Positions 59,928 through 64,000 of a DNA stretch of 64,000 nt are shown here, in pieces. The notes under the pieces are model-generated. The model did no database searches and was not told the origin of the DNA. It was given only the letters and a program-made list of their open reading frames with translations. The stretch comes from Podarcis filfolensis. Lineage: Eukaryota. The stretch is taken from the NCBI GenBank assembly GCA_964270895.1, contig OZ185439.1; one strand, given 5' to 3'. The first letter of the stretch is position 1; the number at the start of each line of letters is the position of its first letter. Position numbers and translations under genes: made by a program.

Positions 59928-62176
59928 TAATGAAGGTCATCCCTAACCTTCTCCCTCATTCCAAAATGTAAAGCCCTTCTGAGTTCCTAAGCTGAAAAAT
60001 ATGTTACATTACACAGTTATTGTAAAAGATGCAAATGGCCATTGTCTGGCGCGGAGGGAAGGCAGCCTATCCTGCTTAACCTTATCCTAAAGTCTGCTGT
60101 TACAAATTATTGTTTCCAACTTAGCACAATGTAGTTCATTCTGGAGCACTGTGGGGAAATTAGATGGTGGCTAGACCAGGCTGCCTACCATTGCTCATAG
60201 CATTTGTGCCCACCATCACCACTTGATAAGCCCACTAACAGAGAGAGCCCCCCCCCCAAGTTCACTGTCAAAGCTGGAGACCTTCCTAAACAGTTGCCAG
60301 AGGCTGGCCTCTGTTCTCTGGGTCAAACTACTCCACGTCCTGCTTATGACCTTCATGTCCTGCTTATGATCTGGCACTCATCTAGCTAGGCTGCCAATGA
60401 AAAAAGAAAGCCACTTTTGGACTTGGCAAGAGAGGCTATTCGTATATTTTTGCTGGAGGATTAAGCATGCATTTATTCATTAATCATGAAAGCTGAGAAT
60501 AGGATTTTCATAGAGAGATGCACTGTATTTCTAAACAACAGGTGGTAGGGATAAAAACCACAGGGGAAAAGCATCACCCACAGGCCCTTCCTGCAAGTTT
60601 CCAGAAGCACCTGGCCACAGGCTACTGTTGCTTTAATCCAGCCCAGAATCACAGAATTATAGAGCTGGGAGGCACCCCGAGGGTCATCTAGCCCAACCCC
60701 CTGCAATAGCGTGAATGACATGGCACATTCATGTATCAGCACCTGCATTATTGCCCCCTTTTAAATAGCAGACATAAAGCAATGGCATCTACTGAAAAGG
60801 GGCATGAGCTATAGCAAATGAAAAATACATTGAGGGTGCCCAGGGTTGGCATGGTAGTGAAAAGAGAATATCCCAGAGACAAACACATATGGATACACAT
60901 GGGGATAGGGAGTAGTACAAGTCTTAACTTGAGCCACAACTTGGTTCCAGAGCCTAGTTTGAATTCTAGAAAGATATTGTTCAGCACTTCTCATTCACTC
61001 CCCTTATAAGTACAGGACAACACACACACACACACATATGTCGTGGAGCAGTTCTGCAGCTGTTTTTTAACATATTTATCATATTTTTGTAAGACAAAGG
61101 AAGAGCAGAGAGCAAGATAAATGTACTAGAACTATTATGTGCCTAAGCTGGCTGACACTTAAGGAAAAGGATAGGACTCACTTGCCAAGCCAATTTTTGA
61201 TTTCCTGGTGTGCAGTGTGAACCTGGCTTTGCAGATGAAAGACCTCATGCAATTGCTCAAAATGCTGCAACTGGTACCTTCAACATTAAATTTGGGTGGG
61301 TGGGGAATCCCCAGCTGCTAGTCCTTTGATTCTTATGGAGAGTCAGTTAAGCAGTGAAATCAATGGCTGGTACATACGTTTTGCTTAGTTTCAAATGCTC
61401 CCTTTATGCTTTTCTCTCTGAATTTTACTCTGTCCGAGATGGCATTACATATGCCACACTGTTGGTAACAGGTGGTTACTAGACATTTTTTATTGCAGTA
61501 TGACCTTAAAGTTGGCTTATCTTTCAAGTCAACCAGCTGAACAAATATTCAAGAAAAAAACAAATGGGGTTTTAAGCAGTTAATCCTTTGGCAGCCCTGT
61601 TGCCTTTTGTCTCTTTTTGCTACTTGCCTGCAAGGACCACATTTGTCATCAGGCTTGTCAGCGAGCTTTGCCTGCTGCGCTAAATTAGATATTGACCGGA
61701 TGTGCCAGCTTAATAGTATAAACTTGTTGTGAGAACAAAATGAACTCCTCTGCAAAGCAAGGCCATGAACTCGCCTTACCCCAGTTGCCTCACATGGGCC
61801 AAGTATAATTAAATAAATGGACATCCCCTCCCCCTCCCCCTTGCAGACGCCTAAGTTAACCTACATGGATAAGGGTTAAAGTGTTCTTATAAAGGGAGGA
61901 GGGCTCAGTTAACCAGTAAATGTGATAAGCAGGGCACTGGGTCAAAGAGGTCTCTTCTACGGCATCAGAATTCATAGTTTAAAAGGACTTACATGGAGAG
62001 AAAAGATGTCTCCTGCTTTCTTAGCTAGGTGCCTTTAAATACTTCTGTGCAGCTCATAGCAGAGTGTCTGTCTGTATTGTTGCAGGGAAAGAGAACAGTG
62101 GCTATAATCCTGGCAGTCTCCTGACTTGAGGAACAGATTGGCCTGATCATTGCACAAATAACATTGGAGTTAATCG

Positions 62177-62570
62177 CAAACCCTCCAAATGTCCGTATTT
62201 TCCAGGGACAGTCCCATATTTACAGAAGCTGTCCCAGTTTCTGATTTGATCCCAGAATGTTCTACTTCTCCTTAGGATGTCCCTATTTTCATCAGAGAAA
62301 TGTTGGGGGGTAAGGAGTTATGGGACCCCCCCCCCAAGCCAAGGAGATAAGTAACTATACAACCTTTACAGGGCATCTGAAGGCAGCCCTGTATAGGGAA
62401 GTCTTTTAATGTTTAATGTTTCATTATGTTTTTATATATGTTGGCAGCTGCTCAGAGTGGCTGGGGCAACCCAGTAAGATGGGCAGGGTATAAATAATTA
62501 CATTATAATTATTATTGTTGTTGTTGTTGTTGTCGTCGTCATCGTCATCAGAGAAATGTTGGAGGGTATG
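62177..62570 (+). mobile_element. Composite TIR element carrying an L2 3' end, copy 4
   Basis: Flanks TAATCG / TAATCA (5/6, CpG-type change). Inner terminus at 62281-62314. Confidence 0.85.
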
Positions 62571-62875
62571 TAATCATTTAGGATGCAGAACAAGAGTAGG
62601 CTGATTCCAACCACTGGCAGCTACCCTGAATAAAACAGCAAACACCTTGTCCCTGCACTCATTTCTCTCAGCCTAAGAGTTATGTGGTTTTAATATTGGG
62701 AGAACTGTTTACACCCACAAGCAGGCAAGCAGCTCCACCTTCAGTTAAAACCTGGACATGTTGGCTCCTAACATCAGGACCAGTTCCAGAGGGTGGCAGG
62801 CTGGTCACCCGCCAGGACTGCAAGACCAGCCAAGGGCTCACTTCTCAGCTGTTCTCTGTTTATACTGTACACATC

Positions 62876-63005
62876 AGGGGTGGGGAACCTGTGGCCCTCC
62901 AGATGTTTTTGAATTCCATCTCCCATCAGCCCAGGAAGCCCAGCTAACGGTGAGGGATGATGGAAGGTGTAGTCCTTCCACCTTTGGGGGGCCACAGGCT
63001 CTCTA
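62876..63005. mobile_element. Short hAT-type MITE
   Basis: CAGGGGTGGGGAACCTGTGGCCCTCCAGATG...GGCCACAGG, same family as 3653 and 5036. Confidence 0.6.
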
Positions 63006-64000
63006 GCTCTATTTTACGTGGAACCTGAAGCCTAACCCAAGCAGTTCTGAGCCAAATTAAGAGAGTTTGCATGTACATGTTGCCTTTTCTAGGTTAGCAA
63101 CTGCCTGGAGTCTCATATGGTCAGGCTGCCCCCTGCAGGAAAAGGCTGCTCTGACTAGCCCTCTTATTCTGTATTCATCTGAGATTACAAAAAAAGGAAG
63201 GAGGCAACTCAGCCAGAACACAGTGAAGCATGCTACTATGAACAATCATCTAAATAAATCTTAAATTGAATGTCAAATATGTCATTGATCACCGATTTAA
63301 TGGATTTTAACCAATACATGGATTCATTAAATTGGTTCTTGCATTGGCAAAATGCCCAACACAGTGTAATGAACAAAAGCTGCCACTCACTATTAGACCA
63401 CCATCTTTAATACTTTTATCACTCCCTGTTACAGTAACAGACCAGAACCAAAATAACTTCAAAATGAGCACGCTGCTAACTTTTAACCCTGCTGATTAAA
63501 ATGTGCACTCGCCAGTCAGTCAACTAAAGCTTTAGTTGACTAATACAATATATTCCTGGTTCCCCAGTGATTATCCATGATTTTTAAGTACCTATCCATA
63601 GTAAAGTACTCCACACAAAATTTTGTCTTTCTATTGCCTTTAGGACAGAAGCTGGTTTTTTAATTAAAACAAAAAACACTAGTAAGAGTTTTTACACTTG
63701 ACATTCTTCATATTTCAGTCCCAGAGTCTGTAATTTAAAATCTGAAGGGGTTATGCATCTTGACAATAGACATGCACATTAACAAGAAATGTGTCCTATT
63801 TGCTTTTTCTATTCTATTTTCTCATAACTGCATATCAGTATACGAAATGCTGCCAAATTACAGCATGTGATTTTAAGCTTACAATGTTCTTTTTTAAAAA
63901 ATTGGCCTCTGTTATCCCCCAACAACTTGATTTACTTAGATTGTAAGGCCCTTTTGCACAGAACAATTTACATTTAGGAAAGAAAACTGCTATAACCTAC

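Overview
This is vertebrate nuclear DNA from a squamate reptile, most likely a lacertid lizard (inferred from Sauria SINEs, young L2 LINE tails and lizard-type MITEs). It contains no prokaryotic features, rRNA or CRISPR array, and no host protein-coding gene I can recognise. It reads as a repeat-rich intron or intergenic interval; a few splice-flanked open segments and enhancer-like islands remain unverified. The only long genuine ORF (41908-43680, minus) belongs to a recently inserted, 5'-truncated Penelope-like retroelement (Neptune type, RT plus GIY-YIG). It has an 11-bp TSD and a minimal type I hammerhead ribozyme in its 3' UTR. An 88-bp TSD-flanked copy of the same 3' end, with a crippled hammerhead, sits at 34029-34116. 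The least expected structure is a ~360-bp composite non-autonomous DNA element present in four copies. It has TIRs CAKACCCTCCAA, 6-bp TSDs, a captured L2 3' end and a duplicated right terminus. Several nested insertions allow insertion order to be read, including an L1-like tail inside a hAT TIR, a probable Tc1/mariner excision footprint with re-insertion, and a four-element cluster at 58.7-59.9 kb.
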